Source: an uncultured Gammaproteobacteria bacterium
Lineage (GTDB): Bacteria > Pseudomonadota > Gammaproteobacteria > Steroidobacterales > Steroidobacteraceae
Assembly: GCA_963789365.1 (NCBI GenBank)
Contig: CAWBKJ010000004.1
Span: forward strand, 448,005-512,004
Direction of reading: 5' to 3'
Length of the DNA: 64,000 bases
The position numbers and the translations under genes are program-made. The notes beneath the pieces are model-generated. The model saw nothing but the letters and a program-made list of their open reading frames with translations, searched no databases and was not told where the DNA came from. Shown piece after piece: positions 23,754 through 33,685 of the stretch; position 1 is the stretch's first letter, and every line of letters starts with the position of its first letter.

Positions 23754-24224
23754 GGCACCCCCTGACCTCTCGAAACCCACGAAAGAACGGTGACTGAGTA
23801 AATTTAGCCGCGGCGCTGATGATATTGCCGTCGTTCTTCTACAAGAATGCGTCAAGGTTCCATGAGCATCGCGCACGAGCGGTCAGCTGACTGGCGCCGT
23901 TGATGTGCCATGGACGCTCTGACCCTAGGCCGCATTCTGATTCCCCACCCCAACCAATTCCCTTGTTATGCGTCCCCTGGCGGGCCAGTCCCGGCCAGAA
24001 CACGCGGGTCTGCGCGCAGCATGAACCGGCCGACGATGGTGTCAAGCACGAAAGGCCTGCATGTTTACAATAACGGGCCGGAGGAGGCCGATAAAAGCGG
24101 GCGGATCGGCTGGGCTTGCATCCTCAGCAAGTCGGGGCATTCAAACCCCAACTCCCCATCCGGTCCGCGTTGGATTCCCGGGGCTCGGCAGAAACGGTCG
24201 CCCTGCCCCACGACGCGCTGCCCA

Positions 24225-24257
24225 TGCAAAAGGCCCCGGATCAAATCCGGGGCCTTT
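24225..24257 (-). terminator. rho-independent terminator downstream of the S8 peptidase gene
   Basis: A perfect 12-bp stem, aaaggccccgga / tccggggccttt, encloses a 5-nt loop. On the minus strand the stem runs into TTTTG, 35 nt after the stop codon at 24292. Confidence 0.7.
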
Positions 24258-24291
24258 CGCGTCTTAGCCCGACACTGATGTGGTCGGTGGC

Positions 24292-26229
24292 TCAGTGACC
24301 GACCGCACCGACCGCGGCGTCCGCGTCAACAAGACCAAAGCCCGAATCATAATCGAAGCCCTTGGTGCCGAACGGAAACGGGTATGGCGGAATCGTACGC
24401 CCTGCGGAAAGGCGCATGTCCCGTGCCGTGTCCTCAAGAACCCCGTAGATCTTGTCCGGTGACATGGCCGCTTTGTTGGCGCGCGCTTGCTTATCCATCA
24501 TCAACGCGGCCACTGCGGCAACATGTGGTGCCGCCGCCGAGGTACCGAAGAAGTTCGGATACTTGTCGGGCTCGGTCGAGCCCGGCACCGTGGCGGTGAA
24601 CAACGAGAAGAAGAATGAGGTGTTGCCTCCGTCGGGTCCCGTCACCTGCGGCTTCTGGCGAATCTGCGGCGTATTCAAGCGATTGCCCGAGGTGTTGAAG
24701 AAGATCGGCGAACCGGCGGCCGAAGAGAAATACTCAAGACAGGCCGGTTTGCAGTTGGACCAGAAGGGTGAGCCCCAGGGTGCGGTGTTGTACCACGGGG
24801 CCGCGCCTACCGAGGCGGCACCGTTGGCACTGGCGTGGCCGTACGAGGCGCCGCTCTGCGTGTCGTGTTCATCAATGAAGATAGTGCCGCCGCCGAGCGC
24901 GAAATACACATACTTCAGATACGTCGGTGCCGGACCGGCAAACAGTTCGATGCTCACCTGCACCTGGACGTCCTTGCCGCTGGTGTTGGAAATCACCGCC
25001 TCTTCGAGAGCATCGCCACCGATGTTGCTGTCGACGCCGGCAAACTGGCAAACCGCGGGCTTGAGATTTGCGTCGCAGTTCGGGACCGGCTGGCCATTCA
25101 TGCGGTACAAAATCAAATCCATGTCGGAACGCGAACCCTTCGGCCCCGCCGATTTGAAGGGCTCGTCCCAGTTCAACACCAGCAATTCGAACGCCTGGTC
25201 GGTCACCGTGATGGTCTGCATCGGGTCCGGGTTCTTGGCGGTGCCGAAATTATGCCGCACGCCGCTGACTCCCTTGCTGCTGGACATGCGGAAACTCGAT
25301 TCATAGGACTGGCGTGCGTCATTGCCGGCCGATGAGAAATACGGAATGCCTCGGTCGTGGACCTTATCCACGGCTTGCGCAAGGATGCCGTCCTGGAACA
25401 TTGGCTCGTCAAAATAAATCACGTCATCATCGATAATCGTCGCACCGGCATTGGCAAGATCGATGATCCCCTGGGCGAAATCCGCTTCGCTGTTGAACGC
25501 AGTGTGAAAGGCCAGCGACGCGCCGGGTGCGACGTCATGAATGATCTGGCCGATCGCGCGCCCTTCGTCCGCCGAGCCGGCGCAAGCCTCATCATTGAGG
25601 ATCTTGATGTCGGAAGGCAGATCGCCGTTGGCAATGTCCTGCTTGGTGTTCGTGAACATCTGGCCCGGGATAATCGGGCCGGTCAGGCAGCCGAAGCTGT
25701 CGGAAAGTATTCCCACGCGCACTCCGCGGCCATTGACGCCGAAATCATGGCGTGCGTTGGCCGATCCCTGCGCGCGGTCTCCTTGGGTCGTCACCAGACC
25801 AGTGCGCGTGCGCATGAGTGCCGGTCGCACTGATTGCACATCGGGCAAGGAGGCAATGGCGCGCAGCTGGGTCGCACCCACGCGAGCCGACACGAAGGTC
25901 CCGAAGGTCTTGACGTCGCTGATACCGATGGCCTGCAAGTGAGACTTGAGCAGATTGGCATCGCCTTTGGCGACGATGTTCACAGGGATCGTGGCGATCG
26001 AATGGCCAAGACCCAATCGCCCGAGGCGTCCCTCCAGTCCACCGCTCGCTTGCGCAGCGGCCATCCCCGAAGGCTCGGTCAGGGTCCGCAGCATTGAATG
26101 GAGCTTGCCGTCATCGCTGGCGCGTAGCTGCTGCAATTGCTCTGCATAAGACTGTTGTTGAGCGGCGTGCGCGGCGCCAACGAACATCAGCGCGGCCGTC
26201 AAGCACGAAACCACGGAAGTGCGTTCCAT
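24292..26229 (-). CDS. secreted subtilisin-family (S8) serine peptidase
   Basis: 645 aa with signal peptide MERTSVVSCLTAALMFVGAAHA. Asp region VRVGILSDSFG, His region DEGRAIGQIIHDVAPGA, and Ser motif GTSAAAPHVAAVAALM. Confidence 0.85.
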   Translation of the reverse strand: MERTSVVSCLTAALMFVGAAHAAQQQSYAEQLQQLRASDDGKLHSMLRTLTEPSGMAAAQASGGLEGRLGRLGLGHSIATIPVNIVAKGDANLLKSHLQAIGISDVKTFGTFVSARVGATQLRAIASLPDVQSVRPALMRTRTGLVTTQGDRAQGSANARHDFGVNGRGVRVGILSDSFGCLTGPIIPGQMFTNTKQDIANGDLPSDIKILNDEACAGSADEGRAIGQIIHDVAPGASLAFHTAFNSEADFAQGIIDLANAGATIIDDDVIYFDEPMFQDGILAQAVDKVHDRGIPYFSSAGNDARQSYESSFRMSSSKGVSGVRHNFGTAKNPDPMQTITVTDQAFELLVLNWDEPFKSAGPKGSRSDMDLILYRMNGQPVPNCDANLKPAVCQFAGVDSNIGGDALEEAVISNTSGKDVQVQVSIELFAGPAPTYLKYVYFALGGGTIFIDEHDTQSGASYGHASANGAASVGAAPWYNTAPWGSPFWSNCKPACLEYFSSAAGSPIFFNTSGNRLNTPQIRQKPQVTGPDGGNTSFFFSLFTATVPGSTEPDKYPNFFGTSAAAPHVAAVAALMMDKQARANKAAMSPDKIYGVLEDTARDMRLSAGRTIPPYPFPFGTKGFDYDSGFGLVDADAAVGAVGH

Positions 26230-26592
26230 AAATGTCCCTCTTAACTATATTTTTTTGAAATCGAGACGGCTGAATATATCGCAGCGCGTGTGCACCTTGC
26301 CAGCGCGGAATTTCTTGTGCGCAAGATTATGTAACCGCGAAAACCCGCCCGCGCGCCACGAAATGTAGGTGGGTACCGTCAGAGCGCACGAAAGTTCAAC
26401 TGAGAATCGCCGGCAACTGAGTCGTAGAGGCGCCGCCGATCATGGATCCTGTCCCGCAACGCGCTTGCGGAGCAACGCACGCCCCGAATGACGATGATTC
26501 GCCAGCCACGCGCGGCGATTTAATTGTAATCACGAATTCAATACGTTAGCAGGCGCTGCCCAACTCTGGCGCGTCGCAGGCCCAGCACTCGC

Positions 26593-27276
26593 CTATTGAA
26601 TCAGTCGGTCGCGGCGCAGACGATCGGCAATGGAGGGGGTCACCATCGCCAGCCCCAGTTGACCCGATTCCACGTCCCTGACCTTGGTGTCAATCGTGTA
26701 GACCACGGAGGCGCTGCGGGTTTCGTAGAGTTTGGTAATGATGTGGCCCGCCCCTTTGGTATTCATGACCGAGGGCAAGGACTTGAACTCGTAGTAATCG
26801 ACGGGCATGCCATAGGCCCCATAAAACCCCGTGTCATATCCGGACGCGATGTACTTGTACTGACCCGTACTGCGCGTGTCGGTGCTGCCGCCTTCCTTGG
26901 TGAGCCAATCGGAGGCCACCATGCGTGTCGCAAGGACCCCGTCGGTGTGCAGGGTCTTGACCAGGCGTTCGACATTCTCGCGAGTCAATGGCTCGTCCTT
27001 CCCCATGTAATTGCAGCTGGCATCCGCCGCGAGCTTGCTGCTGTGCAGGTCTCTGACCATCCAGTATTCAAAATTGCAGCGCTGGGTGTAATCCGGGCTG
27101 ACTCCGACCACCAGCAGCCGCGTAAAGCTTAGGCTGCGCGCGTTGGCGTCGCTCCAGCTGCTCTTGACCGAGGGCCGGCCGGTGCATCCGGCCAGCAGGG
27201 CGAGGACGGCCATGCCCGAGGCCAGCCCCGCAGAGAAGTGAGGCCACTGTCGGTCGCGAAGGCGTCTCATGCGCAC
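26593..27276 (-). CDS. hypothetical lipoprotein
   Basis: 227 aa with lipobox LALLAGC after a basic N-terminus. I recognise no family. GC3-rich codons support coding. Confidence 0.6.
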   Translation of the reverse strand: MRMRRLRDRQWPHFSAGLASGMAVLALLAGCTGRPSVKSSWSDANARSLSFTRLLVVGVSPDYTQRCNFEYWMVRDLHSSKLAADASCNYMGKDEPLTRENVERLVKTLHTDGVLATRMVASDWLTKEGGSTDTRSTGQYKYIASGYDTGFYGAYGMPVDYYEFKSLPSVMNTKGAGHIITKLYETRSASVVYTIDTKVRDVESGQLGLAMVTPSIADRLRRDRLIQ

Positions 27277-27419
27277 TGAACTCCTAAAGAGAATTTAATC
27301 TGCGAGCGGGGACAGCCGGCTCGGTGGGCGAATCGATAGCGTTGCATGATAACCGAGGCCGGCCTAGGGCACCCAATGGCTTGTGGGTGGCACTGGGGCT
27401 GCGACCCCGACGCTCGATC

Positions 27420-29838
27420 CTATCCGCGCACTCTCAGACCGCGCGGGTCGTAGGGGGGTTCAACGAGAATTCGTGCCTGTTGCGCCGCGCCCAGAACATC
27501 CACCGATAGCGGTGCCGCGTCAGCGGTAATGGACTGATCCACGTAGGCGAGTGCGAGACTTTGGCCCACATGATAACCATAGGCGCCCGAGGTGACGAAG
27601 CCTACACGACGATCGCTTGGCCGTAACGGGCTCAAAACCGGTGACGTCGGCGTCCGCACTGTCCACCGCCAGCAGCACCAGGCGCTGTGCCGGACCGGTG
27701 GCACGTTCGGCCAGCGCCGCGGCGCGTCCAATAAACTCCCCCTTGTCGAAGGCGATGAAGCGATCGAGCCCGGCCATAGCCGCGCTGTACGACGGTGCGA
27801 ATTCCAGCGACCACACGCCGTAGCCCTTTTCGAGGCGCAGGCTGTCCTGGGCGCGCATGCCTATCGGCCTCAGGCCAAAATCCCTGCCGGCGGCCGTCAA
27901 TGCGTCCCAAAGCGCCCGCTGCTCGCAGGCGCGCACGGTAATTTCGTATCCGAGCTCGCCGGTCAGGGAGACCCGCGCCACCACGGCCCGGGCAAACCCC
28001 ACGTCCAGAATACGAGCACCCATGAATGGCAGCGCCTCGTTGTCGACCGCGACGGGCGTCAAGCGCTGGAGAATCTCGCGTGAGCGCGGGCCTGAGAGCG
28101 AGAAGCCCAACCAGCTCTCGGACAGATTCTCCAGCCTGACTCCGGAAGGCGGCAGGTGATCGCGAAACCAGCGCAGATGCCATTCCTGGAGGTAATAGGA
28201 ACCGACCAGCCAGAATCGATCCGGCTCCAGCCGCGTGACCGTCAGATCGCCCATGAGCTTTCCACTGGGCGCCAACATGGGGGCGAGCCGCACGCGCCCC
28301 AGGGTCGGCAGGCGATTGGCCAGCAGATGATCGAGCCAGCGCTCGGCGCCTGGCCCCGACACTTCGTAGCGGGCGTAGACTCCGGTGTCGAGCAGCCCGG
28401 CAGCGTTTCGGGTGGCCGCGACCTCAGCGGCGATCAGGCGCTGCGCGTTGGAGCGTCGCAACGTGGGCAGCTCGTTGAACTCCGGTTCGCCCGGGGCAAA
28501 GTACTGCGGTGTTTCCATGCCCCACACCACGCCAAATCGTGCACCGGCCGAGCGCTGCGCGTCGTAGCTCGGCGTCATCTTGAGTGGGCGTCCGGCAGGC
28601 AACTCCTCGTTCGGATAGGCAATCACGAAGCGTCGGGCATAGAACTGCGCCGTGGTCTCGCGCAGGTACCGATCGTTGCTCGCGAACGCCCCGTAGCGAG
28701 CCACGTCCATGCCAAAGATGTCCGCCCCCGGGTCGCCCTCGACGATCCAGTTCGCGAGCACCAGCCCGATGGCGCCGCCCTGCGAGAAGCCTGACATGCA
28801 CCCGCAGGCGGCCCAGAAGTTGCGCAATCCCGGGACCGGACCCACCAGCGGGTTGCCGTCCGGGGTAAAAGTGAAAGCCCCATTGACCCATTTTCGTATC
28901 CCGGCTTCCTGCAGGCTCGGGAAGCGCTGAAACCCGATCGCCAGTTCCGGACTGATCCGGTCTATGTCTTCGGGCAGCAGATCCATGCCAAAGTCCCAAT
29001 CGGCGCCCTCGATTTGCCAGTGGCGCGGGTTGCGTTCATACACTCCCAATAGCACCCCCTTGCGTTCCTGCTGCAAGTAGGTGAATCCCTCCAGGTCCGT
29101 CACGCAGGGCATCTCGTCGCTGCGCGCCAGCAGGCTCGGCAGGTCCTCGGTGATCAGGTAGTGGTGCTGCATGGGTACCAGGGGCAGATCAAGGCCCACC
29201 ATGCGACCGACGCGCCGTGCCCACAGGCCGGCCGCGTTGACGACGTGCTCGGCCGTGACCTGGCCCTGCTCGGTATCAAGGCGCCATTGGCCGCCCGGCA
29301 AGGCCTGAAGCGCCGTGACCCGATTCCTCAGGATCACATCGGCGCCGCGCTTTCGCGCTGCGAGAGCGAAGGCATGGGTAGTCCCGTGCGGATCCACGGC
29401 GCCCTCATGCGGGTCGAACAGGCCGCCGAGCAATCCGGTGGGGTCGACAATCGGGCAGTCGGCGACGATTTGCTCGGCGCTCGCCAGGCGCGCGCCGATA
29501 CCCAGGGTCTGATAGACCGCGCACTCGGCCTTGAGCCATTCCCAACGGGCCTGCGTGGTGGCCAGACTGTAGCCCCCCGGCATGTGCATACCGACGTCTT
29601 GGCCACTCTCGGCCTCAACCTCCTTGTACAGATTTATGGTGTAGGCCTGCAGTGCGGCGATATTGGGATCGTCGTTTAGGGCATGAAACCCCGCCGCGGC
29701 ATGCCAGGTCGAGCCAGCGGTGAGTTCGGCGCGCTCAATCAGGGCTACATCGGACCACCCGCGGCGGGTCAGGTGGTAGAGGATACTGGTGCCGACAATG
29801 CCGCCGCCGATGACCACGACGCGGTAATGACTCTTCAT
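27420..29838 (-). pseudogene. FAD-dependent oxidoreductase fused to GcvT aminomethyltransferase domain (dimethylglycine/sarcosine dehydrogenase-like), one frame break near 27622-27627
   Basis: N-terminus YRVVVIGGGIVGTSILYHL (FAD fold), with a GcvT-like C-terminal half. The 772-aa ORF loses homology after ...ADVTGFEPV. The conserved end RPSDRRVGFVTSGAYGYHVGQSLALAYVD...PYDPRGLRVRG is in the frame of ORF 27420-27731. Confidence 0.85.
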
Positions 29839-29844
29839 GCCGGA

Positions 29845-31399
29845 CTATTCCTCTTCAACCGAATCGGACAGTACAGCCTTGCGTTCGGCCATGAAATGCA
29901 GCAGCGCTTCGTCCAGCGCCGGATCCAGTCCCGGGTCCTCGTACTCCGCGAGCATCTTTTTCCACACCTTGTTGGCGCGTTGCTCGGCAGTGAGCCCCCC
30001 TTCCAGGGTCCATTGTTCGTAGGAGGAGTAATCGGCAATGGTTGATTGATAAAAGGCGGTCTCGAAGTTCTCCTGCGTATGGGTGCAGCCGAGGAAGTGG
30101 CTGCCGGGCCCGACCTCCCGGATCGCATCGAGCGCCTGCCCGCGCTCGCTCATGTCCATGCCGGAAGACAACACCTGCATCATGGCGAGCTGGTCCGCGT
30201 CCATGACAAATTTCTCATAGCCGCTCACCAGGCCGCCTTCGAGCCACCCGGCGGCGTGGGTTACCAGGTGCACGCCCGCCAGCAGCGTGGGCAGAAGCGT
30301 GTGGGCGCTCTCATACGCGGCCTGGGCGTCCGCCACTTTCGACGAACAAAGTGATCCGCCGCTGCGACACGGCACACCGAGGCGGCGTGCCAGCTGCGCC
30401 GTGGCAAAAATCATCTGCGTGGCCTCGGGTGTGCCGAAGGTGGGCGAGCCGGTGCGCATCGACACCGCACCCACGAAGGAACCCATGATGACGGGCGATC
30501 CGGGCCGCACGATCTGCGTGAGTGCCATGCCCTGCCAGGGTCTCAGCCAGGATTTCCGCCATGCAGCCAGCGGCCGTGACCGGCCCCATCGCACCCGCGA
30601 GCACCGCAGGCACCACGATCGTGCCCTGATTGTGCGCCGCGAATTCGCGCAGCGCGCCGAGCATTCGCCCGTCGAAGGTCAGCGGCGAGTTTGAATTGAT
30701 GTTGCCGAGCACCACGGGGTGCTGATCGACGTATTGCTCGCCGAACAGCAGCTCGGCCATGCGCACCGCGTCGGCCGCGTGGCCTGGCGTCTCCGGGGTC
30801 GCCTCGCAGCCCTGGTCGCTGTAGCGAAAGAACGCGTACTGCACGTCCAGATGACGCTTGCCCGCCGGAATATCCATCGGTTCGACCGTCGATCCGCCGG
30901 AAAAATGGATGGCCGGGGCCGAATGCGCCAATTTGATGAAGTTGTGCAGGTCCTCGAGCGTGCCGTAGCGGCGCCCGCGGTCCAAGTCGGTGACGAAAGG
31001 TGGTCCGCCCACCGGGGAGAACACCGTGGCGTCGCCGCCAAAGCGCACGTTGCGCTCCGGATTGCGAGCGTGGAGAGTGAATTCATGGGGCGCAGTCTCG
31101 AGCAGCGCCCGGGCCAGGCCCCTGGGAATGCGCACCCGCTCGCCCTGCACGTCGGCCCCAGCGCCCTTCCAGAGGCGCAGAGATTCCGGATCACGGCGGA
31201 ACTCGATGCCGATTTCCTCGAGTATCGTCTCGGCGTTGGCTTCGATCACCTCGATCGCCTCGACGCTCAGCAGATCGATCACCGGCAGGCGGCGGCGGAT
31301 ATACGGCAGCTTGACGGCCTTGCGTTGCGCGCGCGCGGCGCGGCGCGCCTCCCGGCCACCGCCGCGGGTGGCGTGGGCGCTGCGGTTTTCCTCACCCAT
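29845..31399 (-). pseudogene. MttB-superfamily (trimethylamine methyltransferase family, non-pyrrolysine) methyltransferase, one frame break near 30528-30533
   Basis: The 5' ORF (30311-31399) carries MttB-family sequence up to ...GCMAEILAETLAG. The 3' ORF (29845-30594) continues MALTQIVRPGSPVIMGSFVGAVSMRTGSPTFGTPE... to the C-terminus, for about 518 aa combined. The junction is at a ggg/ccc run, and removing one base gives LAGMALTQ. There is no in-frame TAG. Confidence 0.85.
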
Positions 31400-31420
31400 G
31401 TCCTACTCCTGTGCCGCGAT

Positions 31421-31458
31421 CTTATTTATAACACATGTAAGGTTTAAACAATAAGGAC
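31421..31458. promoter_or_regulatory. AT-rich divergent promoter/operator region between the mttB-like gene and tetR
   Basis: A 38-bp AT-rich block in a GC-rich genome reads tCTTATTtataacacatgtaaggtttaaacAATAAGg. It has an outer inverted repeat CTTATT/AATAAG and inner palindromes acatgt and tttaaa. Confidence 0.45.
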
Positions 31459-31506
31459 GGCGCAGCGTAGCCATGCACATCCGCCTGCGTTATTCTTGAC
31501 TCCGGC

Positions 31507-32166
31507 GTGCCACGCAGTCACATGGCGCTTGCAGGACGCCAGGGGCTCGGGAGATGGTTGGTGCCCAGAATTGTCGATCATGTCCGCCGGCGCGAGGAGA
31601 TCGCGCGACTTGCGGTTCGTGTGATCCAGCGCGAAGGCGCTGAAGGGGCGACCGTGCGCCGGATCGCGACCGCGGGCGGCTTCAGCATCGGCGTACTGAG
31701 CCATTACTTCAAGGACAAGGACGAACTGCTCGCCTTCGCATTTCAGTGGGTGGCGCGCGCATGGTTCACCGAACTCGACGCCGCCCTCGCCGTCAGCAGC
31801 CCAGGCCTGCCGCGGCTGCGCAGCGCGCTCGAATTCATGGTGCCGACGACATCGGCACCGAGCTTCATCCGGCTTTGGCTCAGTCTGTGGGGCGGCGCAA
31901 TGCATAACCCGACCCTCGCGCGCGTGCACCGCGAATATTACGCACGCTGGCGGCGCTGCCTCGTTCGCCATCTCACCGAGGCGGTGCGCGACGGTGCAAT
32001 CCTCGCGCCCCATTCGCTGCGCGATGCCATCGATCTGCTGACGGCCGGTATCGACGGAATTTGGATCGGCTGCACTTTTGAACCAGCTCGATTCCCGATG
32101 CGCCGCCGCCGGCGCCTGGTGGCGCAGTTGCTGCACTCGGTACTGGGGAAGCGCAAGTGCGACTGA
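31507..32166 (+). CDS. TetR family transcriptional regulator
   Basis: RREEIARLAVRVIQREGAEGATVRRIATAGGFSIGVLSHYFKDKDELL is a typical TetR HTH. It is divergent from the mttB-like gene. The start may be the internal ATG at 31522. Confidence 0.85.
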   Translation: MPRSHMALAGRQGLGRWLVPRIVDHVRRREEIARLAVRVIQREGAEGATVRRIATAGGFSIGVLSHYFKDKDELLAFAFQWVARAWFTELDAALAVSSPGLPRLRSALEFMVPTTSAPSFIRLWLSLWGGAMHNPTLARVHREYYARWRRCLVRHLTEAVRDGAILAPHSLRDAIDLLTAGIDGIWIGCTFEPARFPMRRRRRLVAQLLHSVLGKRKCD

Positions 32167-33443
32167 GCAGCCCCCGAATCCGGCGTTACTCGGCCTGGTC
32201 GTTGCTGCGCGCTAGCGTAGTCGGGGATCGTTACTGGCGGCCGTTGTGGACCGGCCGCACCCTGCAATCGGCTTACGATGTCGTCGTGGTCGGCGCCGGC
32301 GGCCACGGACTGGCGACCGCCTTTCACTTGGCGCGTGATCATGGCATCAAGCGCATCGCCGTGCTCGAGAAGCGCCTGGTGGGCTACGGCAACGTGGGCC
32401 GCAATACGACGATTGTCCGCTCGAACTATCTGCTTCCAGAAAATCATTACTTTTACGAGGATTCGCTGCGGCGTTGGGAGACGCTTTCGCGCGATCTGAA
32501 CTACAACGTCATGTACAGCCCGCGCGGCGTCGTCGACCTCGCACTCACCGATGACGCCATACCGGCGCTCGCCCGGCGCGGCAATGCCATGCGTCTGGCC
32601 GGCATCGATGCGGAACTACTTGACCTGACCGCACTCGAGCGCTTCGTGCCGGAACTGGAAGCGCGTCGCGCCCGTCGTTTCCCGATCGTGGGCGGCCTCC
32701 TGCAGCGTCGCGGCGGCACGGTTCGCCACGACGCGGTGGCCTGGGGATACGCGCGCGCTGCCAGCGCGCTCGGGGTCGATATCATCGAGGGCTGCGAAGT
32801 TACGGGTGTGCGTAGCGCCGGCAACGCCGCGACCGGTGTCGAAACTGCGCGCGGCTATGTGCAGGCGGAGCGCATTGTGTTCGCCACCGCCGGTCACACC
32901 GGCATGATCGGCACGATGCTGGGTGTGGCGCTGCCAATCGAGACGCACTTGCTGCAGGCCATGGTTTCCGAACCCATCAAACCGCTTCTCAATACCGTGG
33001 TCGTGTACGTCTCCCCGGGACATGGGGAGACTTACATCTGCCAGTCCGATCGTGGCGGCCTGGTCATGGGTGGGCATCTGGACGGCTTCCCTTCCTACAC
33101 TCGCGAGGGACAATGGCATCGACTCGAGGACGTGGTGCAGGGCGCGCTGGAACTGTTTCCGCGCATTGGCGGGCTGAAGATCCTGCGCCATTGGGCGGGC
33201 ACCAATGACATGACCATGGACGGGAGCCCGATCATGGACCGTCTGCGCTACGACAATGTGTTCGTCAATGCCGGGTGGTGCTACGGTGGGTTTAAGGCCA
33301 TACCGGCCTCGGGAGCGGCGTTCGCGCGATTTGTAGCCAGCGGCACCGCACCCGACCTGATCAGGGGTTTTCGGCTGTCTCGATTTACCACCGGTCATAT
33401 GCTCGATGAGCCGGGCCAAGGCCCCTTCCCGGTGCGGCTGTGA
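32157..33443 (+). CDS. soxB: sarcosine oxidase subunit beta
   Basis: RYSAWSLLR...YDVVVVGAGGHGLATAFHLARDHGIKRIAVLEK...GRNTTIVRSNY is the hallmark SoxB N-terminus. It is followed by soxD, soxA and soxG. Confidence 0.93.
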   Translation: MRLSSPRIRRYSAWSLLRASVVGDRYWRPLWTGRTLQSAYDVVVVGAGGHGLATAFHLARDHGIKRIAVLEKRLVGYGNVGRNTTIVRSNYLLPENHYFYEDSLRRWETLSRDLNYNVMYSPRGVVDLALTDDAIPALARRGNAMRLAGIDAELLDLTALERFVPELEARRARRFPIVGGLLQRRGGTVRHDAVAWGYARAASALGVDIIEGCEVTGVRSAGNAATGVETARGYVQAERIVFATAGHTGMIGTMLGVALPIETHLLQAMVSEPIKPLLNTVVVYVSPGHGETYICQSDRGGLVMGGHLDGFPSYTREGQWHRLEDVVQGALELFPRIGGLKILRHWAGTNDMTMDGSPIMDRLRYDNVFVNAGWCYGGFKAIPASGAAFARFVASGTAPDLIRGFRLSRFTTGHMLDEPGQGPFPVRL

Positions 33444-33685
33444 CGCCTCTGAGTTGCCCGTTCTGCGGTGCGCGTGAATTGCGCGAGTTCGTGTTCCACA
33501 AAACGCTGCCCGCCGATGAGCACGGCAGCGCGTATCAGCGAACCTACGAGCGCAATGCAAGTCTCGAGCATAGCGTCGAACATTGGCAACACGTCGAGGG
33601 CTGCCGGGCGTGGCTGCTCGTGCATCGCAACCCCTCGAGTGGACAGGTCATCAGCGTCCGCCTGCTGGGCGGGGATCCCTCGTGA
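33440..33685 (+). CDS. soxD: sarcosine oxidase subunit delta
   Basis: 81 aa with MTPLSCPFCGARELREFVF...HVEGCRAWLLVHRN (zinc-binding SoxD pattern). There is a 4-nt overlap with soxB. Confidence 0.9.
   Translation: MTPLSCPFCGARELREFVFHKTLPADEHGSAYQRTYERNASLEHSVEHWQHVEGCRAWLLVHRNPSSGQVISVRLLGGDPS

Larger units (their letters stand above)
18422..24165. other. lower-GC accessory segment adjacent to the ssrA 3' end (possible ancient genomic island, no integrase)
   Basis: Hand-counted 60-nt samples give 52%, 52% (TPR gene) and 50%, 62% (oxidase gene), against 68% in recN. The segment is bounded by the ssrA 3' end and an ssrA-3'-end-like sequence at 24112-24162. Confidence 0.45.

Noticed and set aside
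23936-23960. ctgattccccaccccaaccaa resembles the ssrA end gattccccccgcgtccaccaa.
   Set aside because: Only the short gattcccc and ccaa strings match, with no hairpin context. It is weaker than the 24112-24162 candidate and compatible with chance.
27385-27419. A second T-arm-like hairpin (ggggctgcgacccc followed by gacgctcgatcc), just downstream of the DMGDH-like gene, could be another island boundary.
   Set aside because: The stem is 4 bp with no TTCRA loop and no flanking 8-mer match to ssrA. It more likely lies in an ordinary GC-rich 3' UTR.
29845-31399. An in-frame amber (pyrrolysine) codon as the explanation for the split MttB-family gene.
   Set aside because: The two parts are in different frames with no TAG at the junction. 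The break is a 1-nt indel at a G/C run, and the protein is of the non-Pyl type.
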